From the NCBI GenBank assembly GCA_036172245.1, contig JAYWIR010000020.1, positions 558,001 through 622,000 on the forward strand: a DNA stretch of 64,000 bases, in the 5' to 3' direction. Of this stretch, positions 24,667 to 37,100 are shown one piece after another. This stretch comes from Raillietiella orientalis (Eukaryota). Position numbers and translations under genes: made by a program. The first letter of the stretch is position 1, and the number at the start of each line of letters is the position of its first letter. A model generated the notes under the pieces. That model ran no database searches. It was not told where the DNA came from and saw only the letters and a list, made by a program, of their open reading frames with translations.

Positions 24667-27277
24667 TTGTAAAACGAACATTACTGTCTGCAATATAGCA
24701 GCACCGCGTGCCTACTTAATCAGAAAATGAGGAATGTTGATGCAAAAATTTTCTCAAATAGAAGGAAAATACTTTCTCTCATATTTAATTTCATATAAAT
24801 ATTGTGTGATAAATATTGTATAATTATTTGAAAAAAATAGCTGTTTTTTGCTGTTCTAAACTAAAACTAGGAATGAAAATACCAACTTTTTGGAAGTTTT
24901 ATATTATTACAACTTTATTGAAGTTCTCAAAAGTTTATAACCTTCCCAAATCGATTCGTCAATTCTGTTAATAATTTTAATTGTCCTAATGATTCCGGTT
25001 TGTACTTAGATGATTATGAATAAAGACTTATTTAGTATGATGCTTATTTAGTATGCTATATAGCTGCCTGTTTTTGAGGTATCGCAATTTCCTCATTGAA
25101 TAAAAAGTTTGGACAAAGCCTAATAGCTCTAAAACAGAAGACGCAAAAATCACTTTGTTAATTGGTAATTGAAGAAAAATTCTCAATAATTTCAAGATTT
25201 TTCTCCTGAATTCTTATTGCACGTGCCGTTATATGAAGGTAAATTTGTCTTCCTAGGTTCTTTCACCGAAGCAATTTTTTTTTATAAGTCGTCTTTTACA
25301 GTAATTTGGATACTTAGGACTGCAATCTGCATCTAAATAAATATGGGTTACCAAGGCGTAAAATCCGAGAAATCTTGCCTTCGTAGGTAGTGCTGTTTAG
25401 ACACTGGACTCAAAACTGATTACTGAATTAGAAATGACTTTTACTGCTGAAATGAGAAACTACCAGGGATGTGTCCCCAATTGAAATCATTGCGTTCTTA
25501 AGAAAATAGATTAGAGCCGATATGTTTCATCTCAAGAGAGTAGGGGTGAATTTGCCTTGTGGCATCCAAGGCTTAGATTAGTTCAACTAGTGATCGGTCT
25601 CTAAGATCCGGGAGAACTTCCCATTGGAGGATAGCTTCCAGTAGAGCATCAGGCTGCTCTCTGCTTAGAATATTTCTAGAATTCGTCTCCTTCCTGGAAT
25701 TTGTCTCCATTTGTCTTCCAGGATCTCTCTGATGACGTTCTTTCACGAGATCTCCATAGCAACTTCAGACAGTTAGTCAGTCAAGAATTCTATAAGCCAG
25801 CGATAAAGTGGAATGTCATCTTTCTCATGCAAACAATCAAACTCAACAATTTCATCTGTTCGGTTTTGTTTCTCATTTTTCATTATGATCAGAAACAGCC
25901 ATTTTCTGGACATGTTCAGGGACGCTATGCAAAAGCAACTTATATGTTATGCTTCGACCGATGGCACCGTTAATTCCTACTGTTTAAGCCGAGAATCTGG
26001 AAAAGATCATGACACACGAAACACTGTAGATTCTAAAAAAATGCAATAAAAAGGGAAAAATATAGAAAACACGTTAAATGTATTATGAGGGATATCTGTT
26101 ACACAAGAAAACATGGCATAATTAACTTTAACAGGCTTGGTAATTACTGCTTTGTTAATGACTCACCACTGACAAATATGATCGGCAAAATCGTAACATA
26201 TAGAATTGAAATCAATACAAGAAATGCAGTTAGCACCAATTATTAATTTGGGTCCACTTCATAAAGCCTAAAATAAATTCCACTTCCAACCTAAAATAAT
26301 GACAGAGCAATAAAACTTTTCAAACAAAATCAAAAGAGAAGTGGAATAGGTGATGACTACCAATCTTTGAAGTTCAAGTTTCTCTTCAATAATCGTGTTT
26401 CCCAAGTAGCAATGGAACATTTGTGATTTCTCTTAAGGATAACTTTGAATATAAGAACTAGGGGGAAAATCGTTTTGATTCGTTTTGAGCATAAAGGCTC
26501 TAGGGATATTTTTAGGGATAACCATTCTCTAAAGCCCAAAGAGAGCAGTACAAGGAACATTAGTAATCAGGAGAATCAATCTTCCCTCTTTTAGGAATCA
26601 CTGAATGATAATGAAGTGATATTCATTGGTCCCTAAGATCCCCTAGATGATAATCTAAGCATTTGGGTTAAGCGTCCCCAAGTCATCCTCTTCACTGAGA
26701 TGCATCATTATGCATGTCGTGTGCTGCTGAAGCAACTTTCGTTCCCAATGAGCTTTGTTTCTGGAAACCTTAGCAGTGAACAGTGTTTTCTTTCAGCTTT
26801 TTATGAGGGAATGTATGAAGAATGCAAAGGAGGATGTTCAACCGAGGGTAAGCAAAAAAAAGGGTATGTGAAAACGTGCAACTGCAGAGGAAGTTCAGCA
26901 GAGTTCATAAGCGAACAAATTTCTTTCGGTGATTTGAATTAGGAGGTGAAAGCAAATGAGGGTACAACATTGCATAGAATTTCCATGGCAACCTGGAAGA
27001 GAACCGTACCACGTGTGTGGTTATAATTGTACTCAGAAGTAACTGTATTCTTAGGATCTTTACGTTTGTAATACGTAAAGGTCATTACCAGCACGATCTT
27101 TAACAGTATCCCGATAACTAAATCAATTTTGTGTTCAGTATCGAAGCACGAAGAAAAGGACACTAAATTACGCGTTACATCTATGTAGTGATGTGATGCG
27201 GAATTTGAGCACCGTGCCGTACTAGTTTTTCCACCTTCATTTGTTCAAATTGTAGCAATATATCAATCCAAACATTA

Positions 27278-27522
27278 GTAAGTTAGTTTTTACATGGGAA
27301 TATTTTAAAATTGTGAAGAGGCGAAATTTGTGTCCACATAAAAAAAAATAAAAATTAGAAATGCGCTGAGAATTAACGTCATCGAAGTATTGCAATATAT
27401 ATGTTGGATAGGAGGAATGAGTATAAAATTAAATGCATCCTTTCATAAAATGTATGCCCGTGTAGTTCCACAGTACAGTTTTTTTTTTTGCTCTTGAGAT
27501 TTCATTTGTATTTTTCAATTAG
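27278..27522 (+). other. Probable 5'-UTR intron of TYW5
   Basis: GTAAGT donor at 27278, and a long pyrimidine tract ending TTTTTCAATTAG at 27522, 77 nt upstream of the TYW5 ATG. Confidence 0.45.
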
Positions 27523-27599
27523 GTTTTTTCACGTACGAACAAGTTTAGAGGTAATTGCTTTGCATTGAGCCCAATCAAAAGACTTTTGATGTATTAGCA

Positions 27600-28645
27600 A
27601 TGGAAGATGATTACATAAAGAAGGTATTAGCTCTGGAGAATAGTCTTAATTCTGTTCGACATGTGGAGGAAATTCCTCTTCACGTAAATTTGTCAACAGA
27701 GCAGTTTTTTAATGAAATTTCTTTGAAGCGACAGCCAGTAGTAGTCAGAGAATGTGAAGTTGGCCCTTGCATCAAACTGTGGACTGTGGATTATTTAGCA
27801 CAGCGTTTAGCTCATACCAAGCTTAGAGTTCATGTTTCTAGTGAAGAAGCCTTGAATTTCCGAACCCGAAATTTTACTTATGAAACTCTTCTTGCCAATG
27901 AACTTGTCCATCGAGCCTGTTCACCATACTGTACCTACCCCAACTATTTTCGTACAACTCAGGAATATTACTATTTTCGTTCAGTTGGAATTCGTCGACA
28001 TCCTTCTAATTTGCATCAGTTGTTTCCCAGCATTGCATCTGATGTCAGTTTAAATGATTGGGTGTTTCCAGGACAGCTACATTCTAGCATATTACGTATA
28101 GCAACTCCTGGAGTGCGCTTGTGGGCACATTATGATGTGATGGATAATTTGCTACTGCAAGTGACAGGATCAAAACGCATGGTGTTGTTTGCACCCTCTG
28201 ATGTGCAGCATCTGTATCTTGAAGGAGACAAACCTTGTGTATCAGACCCTTGGAAACCTAATCTGGAAAAATATCCTTTATTTAAAGGAATCACTTGGCA
28301 TGTGGCCACATTATTACCTGGAGATATTCTGTTTATTCCGGCACTGTGGCTGCATGCAGCTTCAGCTGGTGGTCCAGGACCCTGTGTTGCTGTTAATATG
28401 TTTTGGCATCATTTGTCTGATTCATTGTATGATCCCAATGATGTTTATGCCAATAGAGATCCATTGCCTGCTGCTCAGGTGATTTACCTACCTTTAAAAA
28501 CAGTGTGTTCACATGTGTTTGCTTGTAGAGTCTTGCCCTCATAGATCAAGGTTTGAAGATCTTGGAACAGTTGCCTGCAGACTACTGTGACTTTTATGCT
28601 CGCTTAGCTATAGATCGTGCTACTAAACTAATGGGAAAGGGATAG
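27600..28645 (+). CDS. TYW5: tRNA wybutosine-synthesizing protein 5 (JmjC Fe(II)/2-oxoglutarate hydroxylase), 2 coding exons, ~331 aa
   Basis: Exons 27600-28478 and 28529-28645, separated by a 50-nt phase-0 GT-AG intron. Motifs LWAHYDVMDNLLLQVTGSKR (HxD), GDILFIPALWLH (distal His), VAVNMFW, YDPNDVYANRDP and the spliced C-terminal LEQLPADYCDFYAR closely match TYW5. The ORF-track start at 27555 is TTG; the first ATG is at 27600. Confidence 0.93.
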
Positions 28646-30182
28646 GGTTGCTCTTAATGTTCAGCTTGCATTATTGACATATTTCATAAGGTGCTTTGCA
28701 GGAGTTACCTCACTTAAGTAAACTGAGATCTTCCAAGTTCATGTGACAGATTTGATACCTCTTTAATATTCTAATCACTTGCTGGTGATTGTCAGCCAGT
28801 TGGTTTCATCGATTCTCTCACTGAGGTCACCCACCAGTCATGTTAGCAGGGTACCAGTATGTGGTGTCAGATGTATTTGTACTGTGATACAGATCCAACA
28901 CAAGATTGCAGAGTGCTTTTTGGATTTGGCAGTGATCATTTACAAGCCTGCCGTTGTTTGTGGGCTGGAAAGCTTTCACCTTTCAGTTGTATGCTCTGAG
29001 TGTGATGCAACAGCTGACTGTTGAACCCATCACATAGATCTGCATTTTGCCACTTAATGCCCACGCTTGGTCAACTAGTGATCAGCCTTCCAGGATCAAG
29101 GAAAACTTCCTGTTGCCAGATAGCTATTTGTTGCTTGAGGACTCAGAGTTGTCAAGTTTCTGTGATCAGGCCAAGTAAATGTTTTAGAATTTGTTTACGG
29201 AATTTGGATTTCTTTGGATCCAGCTCATGATGCCCTCAAGTGAACATCAGCGAGCTGTTCACAGTTGATTCTTTGAAATGTCAGTCTCAAGGATTAGGTT
29301 CCTATGGTGGTCTTGTTTATTGCATGGAGTTCCTAGCAACCATTGTGAACTGGCTGCAGAATCATCTATTTCCCTAAGCTGATGGCCACCTTATTTTTGA
29401 CCTTCCAGGACAGGTGTTCCAGGCCAACTTGTGCTCAATTTTTTTGGGGGTCAAAGTGGAATAATTCACATATCATGATTCCATCATGTAACTGATTGAT
29501 TTGCTAACTGCTTGTGATCTTAGACTTTGTGCTTTGTATCTGACTGATGCTCATTATTGCAGCAATGCTTACAAATATGTAGATGTTTTTCTGTCTGTAT
29601 TGGTATCTATGTTAAAACATTCTTTGACTCACATTTAGCATCGTTTCAAAAGTAGATTTGGTACAGAGGTATGGACCTTTATGTTTTCAGTTTCCATTTC
29701 ACACTGAAGTTCTTGATTTGGGTAATCTAATTGGGGATGGTGGTTCTTTGCTCTCTTGAAAATCAAGCAGAGAATTGGTTGCCGTTGTATAGCAGCATAG
29801 TCTAGTTAGTACTGCAATCTGTAGATCAATTCAATGGTCATGCATTTGGTGATTGCACATGTACTTAAAATTCATAATATGCTAGCTTATGGATTAGAGG
29901 CTAGAGAGGAAGAACATTTAAGGAAAAATTCTTTATTCACTTATTTTTGTGGCAAAAAACTAAAGCCGGATCGATGTTTGATGATTGTGTCTCCTGGTGA
30001 TCAGTTTGTAGGAAATAATAGTCCAAATTCGAAGTGGGGCGAAAAGAAACTTCGAGTCCATTTGTCTCTCAGAAAAAAATGAATCATCCGCCCGCTCGAG
30101 TAGTCGGAAAACTGGAACTTCCGGGCAAACCTTCGAAATTTTTCACCTTGCTCATAGCCGGGGCGGAAGAATTACTCAAATG

Positions 30183-30220
30183 ACAAATATTGATGCCATC
30201 AACAAATATTGAAGCCATCA
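30183..30220. repeat. 19-bp tandem duplication (ACAAATATTGAWGCCATCA x2, 1 mismatch)
   Basis: Read directly from the sequence. Confidence 0.8.
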
Positions 30221-33200
30221 AGAATGTTTAGGCAACAGAATTCGTCCCTTTCAGCTGAAGAGATATTGCTTGTTAATATTCAATACAGTGGAATGCAATT
30301 GTGAACTAAAATTTCGCAAACATCTTGTCGCTGGCTATTTCATCTGCTGTGGAGCATGCAACCCAAGATCTCGCTTGCCAGTCCTCCTTGGGCGAAGGAG
30401 GCAAACCGCCGACTGGAATCTAAGCTGTGGGAGAATGAAAGAAATCAGAATAGGTCGAAAGACTTAACGAAGACAACGGGAAAAGGTGGACAGCTCAGTC
30501 TGCAAAATGGAGAAAACGATCCATGTGCTTGCGAAAAACCGATCATTGTCAGGGCATTGTGACCCCATCCATGAGCGCTCTTGCGCGAAACCAGCAAGCA
30601 GGCTGCAAGCACAGAGCATATGCTTAGTTGCCGGCCTTCGCGAAGGGAATTTCCTGATCCACTTCAGGCAAAGAATCTGAAAAACATAGGGGTATTGGAG
30701 AGCCCAAATGCACTCCAAGGAATGACAAACTATGAGGCCATGAAGAGTAGAAATCGAGAGGAAATGTGGACGACCGGGAGTGCCATTCCCGAAAGAGGGT
30801 CACCCACAATCAATCACTTGAGAAACTTGCCGGTGCTATTGCTGAAAGGAAACACACTTCGAGAGAGATCCCCCTTGGGACCAACTATCAAAACTGGACT
30901 GCAGATGCCCCGCAAAGAAAGCAAACTCCAAAGGAGATGCGGATGGCGACTGATGATGCATAACTGAACGGAAAACTGGACAAGCGATTAGGTGTCATGA
31001 TAGTCAAACAGCAGCAGAACTGCAATATGGGAGTACTTCCAGATAGCAGAAGGATGAACGTCCAGTGTTCCACGAATGCTCACGGAAATCTAGCCCCCCT
31101 TGAGTACAATGCTTGTCTTTCGTTTAGAAGGCAATTTTCCACTAAACCAGGAAGACTATACTGCAAGCTTGCAAGTTGCGGGAAGTCCAAGTCGCAGACC
31201 TCCGACTTTGACCGTCCTGCAATTAATGAAGAGTGGAAACGGGCACAGGGAGAAGCAACCTCTCTCGACCTGATGAAAAACCTGCTTGCTGCACGGATCC
31301 AGAGTCAGATCGGTGCACTTAAAATCAGGAGTCTGAAACACATACACCGTTCACGTAAGAAAGCCCAGTGGTCTTAACCGAGTGGCCTTCCACACTCCGT
31401 CTGGAAACTTCAAAACGAGGAGGTGAGCTCGGCTTACTCGGAACTCCTAACTGGTCAGTTCATTGCTCCTGTATGCATGGTTACTGCGAAATGGATAGTT
31501 ATTATTTTTTTTTTTTTTGGCAAAATCACGGTTGATCAGCGTTAGCGTAATCACATTTTGATTACACTTGGTGGTGCTGAAACAAATAAGGTGAAAGAAC
31601 GGCATTTTGATCATTGTGAGGGAGTTTGTGAAACTTCCCGCCTTTGTGAAATGCTAGGCAAGTTTCATGTGCTTGTTAAGGTCGTCTTTTATGAGAGGGA
31701 AAGCGTTGCAAACTTGTGCTAAAGTCTGGCGGAACTGGAAAGGGAAATCCACTGTGGCTTCACCTATGTTTGGCTTGTATCCTAGAAATTTTCCTTCGTT
31801 CTATGTCCGCTACGATTTTTGCTTTATGATTTCCACGGTATCTGAATCTAATTATATGGGCACATGGTTTTGGGGAAAGATTTCTTGATTTCCTGATTGG
31901 TTCCTCGTTTCAAAGTTTGAGCCTCGTGGAAGTGGCAGAGTTTGAATTTTCGTTATCTTTCTTGCATGTTTCTGGAGCTTTGTGGAAGCGCGAATGTGCG
32001 GGCATCGGCGACTAAGTAACAACGAAGTCTGGTTTACATTTTCAACGTTGTCATTGTGAGGATACAGAATGTATCAACAAAGATGATTTTAGTTGAAGGA
32101 TGGAAAATTCGCTTACGTGATGGTGATGATACGAATGGTGGGCTCCTTCACTGGGGATTTCTCAGAGGAATCGTGTACTCCAATTTCTCTGTTCGTGCTT
32201 TTGGAATTCCTGCTGAAAACCTTTCATGAGATCTCAGAGACCCAAGCTGCATGCAAAGCTGTGATTCTACTGCACTTTGTTCGCAGCTACCGGCATGCGA
32301 TACTGTTGGTGATTTCGGAAAACTATCCGAAGATGTGCTCGAGATGTCTCGGGGAATGTTGTAGGTGTTTTCAATTAATGTGTCAGAGTCGCGAGAGGGT
32401 CACAGGCAGCATCGATGACCCAGAATGGATAAATGGAAAAGACAAGCATTAGAAACATTTTCTCAAAACCTCCCATCTATTTTCCTCTTGCTTCACGTTC
32501 TTATTTGCATCATCCAGAATCTGATCAAGCCACATATGCTAACAATACTGCAAACAGACTGCAACATCCCATGAAGGTTTCTGCTCGAGTCTAGACTCAC
32601 TGGAAGCATGGGAACTGTTGTTTTTCCAGGTACTTCAGTGATGAAAACTCCAATGTTTCTGCTGCTTATGTGGAAATTTTTTGAAGCTCGACTTTTTCAG
32701 TTTCTACCGTCAGGAATTTTCCCACTAGATACAAAAATTGAATGTGTTCATTGTCCAAAATGCTTCTTATATTCAACAATTTGTGGGGAAGCATATGAAT
32801 GCTCACAAGGAAGGAAAGAGAAATCACCTAGATAGAAATAGTGCAAGTTAACGCTTTATCTTTGGAATGTCTGTCAACACAGATAGTGTGTTTTCTGCAA
32901 TGGTATACCAGGAAGCAAACACTTGAATTTCGTTCCCACCTTACTCAGTGCAGTGCGAGCGATGGAATTAGGCTTTAGCATTCGAAGACATCTTCATAAC
33001 GAAGCTATGCTTAGAGTTTGAAAAGCGAACTTCCGCAAATGTGAAAGAATGTATTTTGGCATTATTACATTTTTGGTATTGCAAACAGCAAAAGAAATGA
33101 ATTTGCTTCACTACCGCTTTTTGCTTAAACCTATTTTCCAAGAGTTTTGTGTGTGCGTGCGTGTCTTGAGTCATCTGCCAATTGCCTCATGCATTTGTGA

Positions 33201-34003
33201 CTTAAAGTAGATGAGGAAATGCTGTCTATTTCTCAAGGAAAAGAAATCCATACTAATATTGACGCAACAGGAGTTTTCATTTCGTGTGGTTCGGATTTCG
33301 AGACCAGGAGCACTTACGAGTTCCCCTTCGTGAGATAAAACCATACTATCAACGGTCTTCTCATTATGGACTTTCATCTGCAAGTGAACTTATCATCATG
33401 GCTATAGTGAACGAACACTGAGCTTGCCAGTGACAATGCTCCAGCAGTTATTCATTTTCTCCATTGCAGCATGATTCAGTCCCTAAATTGCTCTGTTGTC
33501 CTGATGGCTCACAGGGCGGAAAATCAGGAGAAGCTGTGTATCCACATCCTCAAAATTCTGCGCTGCTCCTGGAGAGAAGTCAGCCACTGGGAGAAAGTTT
33601 GTCACTGCGGCTCTTGTTTACTGAAGCAGGAGTACCCTCTTACAGTGCTCACACAAGACAAAACTTATACAACCGTCAAGGAATAACTAACATGTTTCTA
33701 AAATTCTTCACTTGGGTTTCCGGATGCAATTTGGTATTTGTGTTCTCCTTCCACCTTTTCCGATTTTCTCATGAGTAGAGTGTTGACCTCTGTTACATCG
33801 AACTCAGGCAGGTCAATCCGCAGATGACATAGTTCTGGTTGCTCCCCCAAAACACAAAGATGTCATTTCCTCTGGTGACCCAAAAGAGTCAGATAAATGT
33901 TGGGACACCAACATTCTCCTGAAAGGAGATCTGTTTATTGGCTTCTGCTGATGAGACGTTTCCTTCTTCAACGTAGCCACCATCATTTTGATGATTATTA
34001 TAA

Positions 34004-34141
34004 TTATTTGGTATTTAGTTTATTTTGTGTGTGGGAGGATGATGGTATAGTACATAGGGGGATGAATAGTGTTATAGTTAGGGTAATGGTAGTGAAGAGA
34101 ATGAGTAGGGGGAGTCAGTACATAGGTGTTAAATGAGGAAT
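34004..34141 (-). pseudogene. atp8: NUMT: nuclear copy of mitochondrial ATP synthase subunit 8
   Basis: In the invertebrate mitochondrial code the minus strand reads ATT-start (M)PHLTPMYWLPLLILFTTITLTMTLFIPLCTMPSSSHTQNKLNTK* (45 aa). It has the MPxxxPxxW N-terminus with TGA=Trp, one hydrophobic helix and a basic/polar tail. The coding strand is almost G-free and C/A-rich, unlike the flanks. Confidence 0.75.
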
Positions 34142-37100
34142 TGAATTAGTAGTTCTAGAATTATTTATTTGGAATTTTAACATTCCGTGCATTCATTAAC
34201 AGGAAGGAAAAGACCTACGGACGTGTCATCATAAAGCACTACGAGATATAGCCAAAGGAGTGTGGAATGATGTGTTCTGCAAGAATTTCATTGCTTCTGA
34301 AAATCGAAATTCGTGAAGAATCAAGCATGTGAGGACAACTGAAAGCAGTTCTCTAGAGCTGAAAGTCATCTCTTTCATGCACATTTTGTTGCCAACTTCC
34401 AGACGATCACGTGGTACCACTGTCGAATAGAAAGAATTTGATTCTCAATCACAATGCAAGTCCATCACAGAAGAGAACCGACAACTGAAGAACTTTGATA
34501 TGAGAAAAGCAGTTCCGAACCAACATTATCTAAATCTGAAGGTATATCCTCTATGAAAGAAAATTTCTTCAACTGATCTCGCTAGATCGTTCGAGTGACT
34601 CAGCCAGCATGCACTCAGCTCACTGAGTACTTACAGTCTCATTCAATCTGTCGAAATTCGTTGCCTGATAAATGTTCAGATAAGACTTCGGTTCTAGGGA
34701 TCGCTGAAATCGCCAGTTCTCATCTTTGCATTAAATTCTTTCACGGAGCATAAATGCCGCATGATCGTTTTTCCTTTTTCGTTATCATCTTCTTGTCTTC
34801 CTCGAGATCTTCTGGTACTGTAATGTCCAAATGTTCTTGAAATGATTGCACTTCTCTTGAGCTTGAACCGAGTTTGATCACAACCCAGATTAGAACCATT
34901 TTGTGAATGCTTTTCAGTTCTCCAAGGTTGCATATGGAGCGAGCACATCTAACATTTGTAAGAAACATGGTTTCCAGCAATGAAAGCGAAACCCTAGAAA
35001 CGTCCCTCATATATAGAACATAAGGATACTGCAAAATGCACGTGATTTGAGATCTGAACGTCTCAGGAATCTCAACTGGATGAAAAATAGATCGGAACAA
35101 CAATAGAGGAGAAAGCATCAAAAATCATCATGCTTCTCATAATTCCGGTTTCTTATGCATGTACAAAGTTGTTGGATCAAGGTACAAATTTTCACTTTGC
35201 CACGCTTGCAAAACTTGCTATAGAACTGAGGTGCCATCATGGCGGAAGAGCATGAACAGTCGAGAGAGCAGAGTCTGTTTCTAGTGAACACTATATATAT
35301 ACATGTACGTACACACATATATATATATATTAATTTTTAATATTGGATGCAGTATGCAACAGTGCTTCATTCACGAACTGGATTAAACAGTACCTTAGGA
35401 ACCAATAGAAAGAGCAGCAATCTTCGTATTTCTAGTTTGAACGGATGCAACTAATGAGCAAACTTGGAGTAGATGGAAAGGATCTACTCGTATAATGCAA
35501 TTGCTTGCGAATTGCACCCATCTTTTACGTGAGAGTTTGCAAATTCCTTACAGGGTTATGATGGCTAATCTAAGCAGGTGGAATACGCACTGCAAGTAAA
35601 CCAGAGAATCAGAATACTTAGGTCTAAAGAAAAGGGTTGTGATTCAGAAATAAGCAGCGAGAAGGGCTTAAAATTATTGCTATGCTTCCAATATATCGAA
35701 CATTTTACATAAAAGATGCCCATCGAGCTTTCAGTGCTTCTAAGCAATCACATCTCAGTCGATATTACTCACAACGAATTTTGTCGGCACACTTTATCCC
35801 TTTTCCGATCGTTTTTTTAATTTTACGCAAATTGAGAATCATTCTGAAAGTTACGCGATAGATGCATCTTTGAAGAACAAGCTCCATCTTAATTGGTGTG
35901 GATATGGACACGATTGGTAACACAATTCAGTGTAATATTTGAAGCTTTTCTGTAACTCTAAACCAACTCTCCAATGTTTGTAATCTCGGGGCTTTGTCTT
36001 TTCCAGTGAGATAAGGAAATTTCCACGTGATTTGCATCATGCTGAACAGCAGGTCCATCCTTCTGACTGAAGACATTCAGTTGCCACTCAAAAGCTGTAG
36101 CAAACTCCATGCTATTTTTGGTGTTTTTCCTATTTTTCTGACTTCAAGAAACCACCACATGACTGTGATGAACTGCTTGGTTATTATCATTTCATATTTA
36201 CACGTAATATTCCATATTTGCAGAATTCTTTTACATAAGTGTCACAATACTCAGTATGAGTTCTGAAACAAAAACAAATCAACAAATCCTAGTCAAGACA
36301 TTATGTTTTACGGTCTGAGAAATACCACAAAGTACCCTGTGCTTCTAAGCACTGAAGAAATCAAATCTCTTTAGTTCCATGTGGCAAGTCTCCTAAAAGA
36401 ATGAAAGTTCAAAAAAAAATCAGTTCTCCAGCTAAAATGCTATGGAATGAATTTCTTTAAATCTTAAAATTTGATAACTAACCAAATAAAGTATGAAACT
36501 TTCCAACTCAAATTTAAGTACAACAACCAACATGCTCCTTTCTTCAACCATAAGTTATGCTTAAATATGAAGCACAAATTGCATTTATTCATTTACTGGG
36601 ATTGTTATTCTAATTTGAGTGAGCCAAATTTGAGTAACAAAAAATTAGAGTTAAACTAGGAATGCTGCAGAAAATCACCAGTTAGGCCATAACCTTGCTT
36701 CAAACATTTGATCAGATATCATCTAAATTGAAATTATATTGTCATTAATTTCATCACTTGCATATTTCCATATAATGCAAGGAAGTCTCCTTAGGTATGA
36801 GAAACCATCCTGAATGGCATGATTCTCAAAGCACGGAACTTTTTCTATTTTGAGATGTTTTGACATCAAGTTCAAAGCTAGCAACATCTACTCTTTCTCT
36901 TTACGTCAGGGCACCAGAAGAATGCTAATTGAAGTTCTAATTTGAAATGTCTTCTGGGATCATTCTTGCATTACAGATTGCTATTTCAGGATATGCATGT
37001 GATCTCATGGAAAAAAAAAAAAGTGCCCCCTCACTCCCAAACTTTTTAAAGTTAGTTTCTAGAAAAACAAAAGCCTGCTAAAATACCATGAAAGAGAAAC

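Noticed and set aside
30270..31377. Cluster of plus-strand ORFs after a CpG-rich patch
   Set aside because: No homology and no consistent exon chain.
36712..36757. Minus-strand C box (GTGATGA) and D box (CTGA) pair; similar weak plus-strand pair at ~37108-37179
   Set aside because: Too short or with an imperfect C box, no convincing terminal stem and no recognisable rRNA guide.
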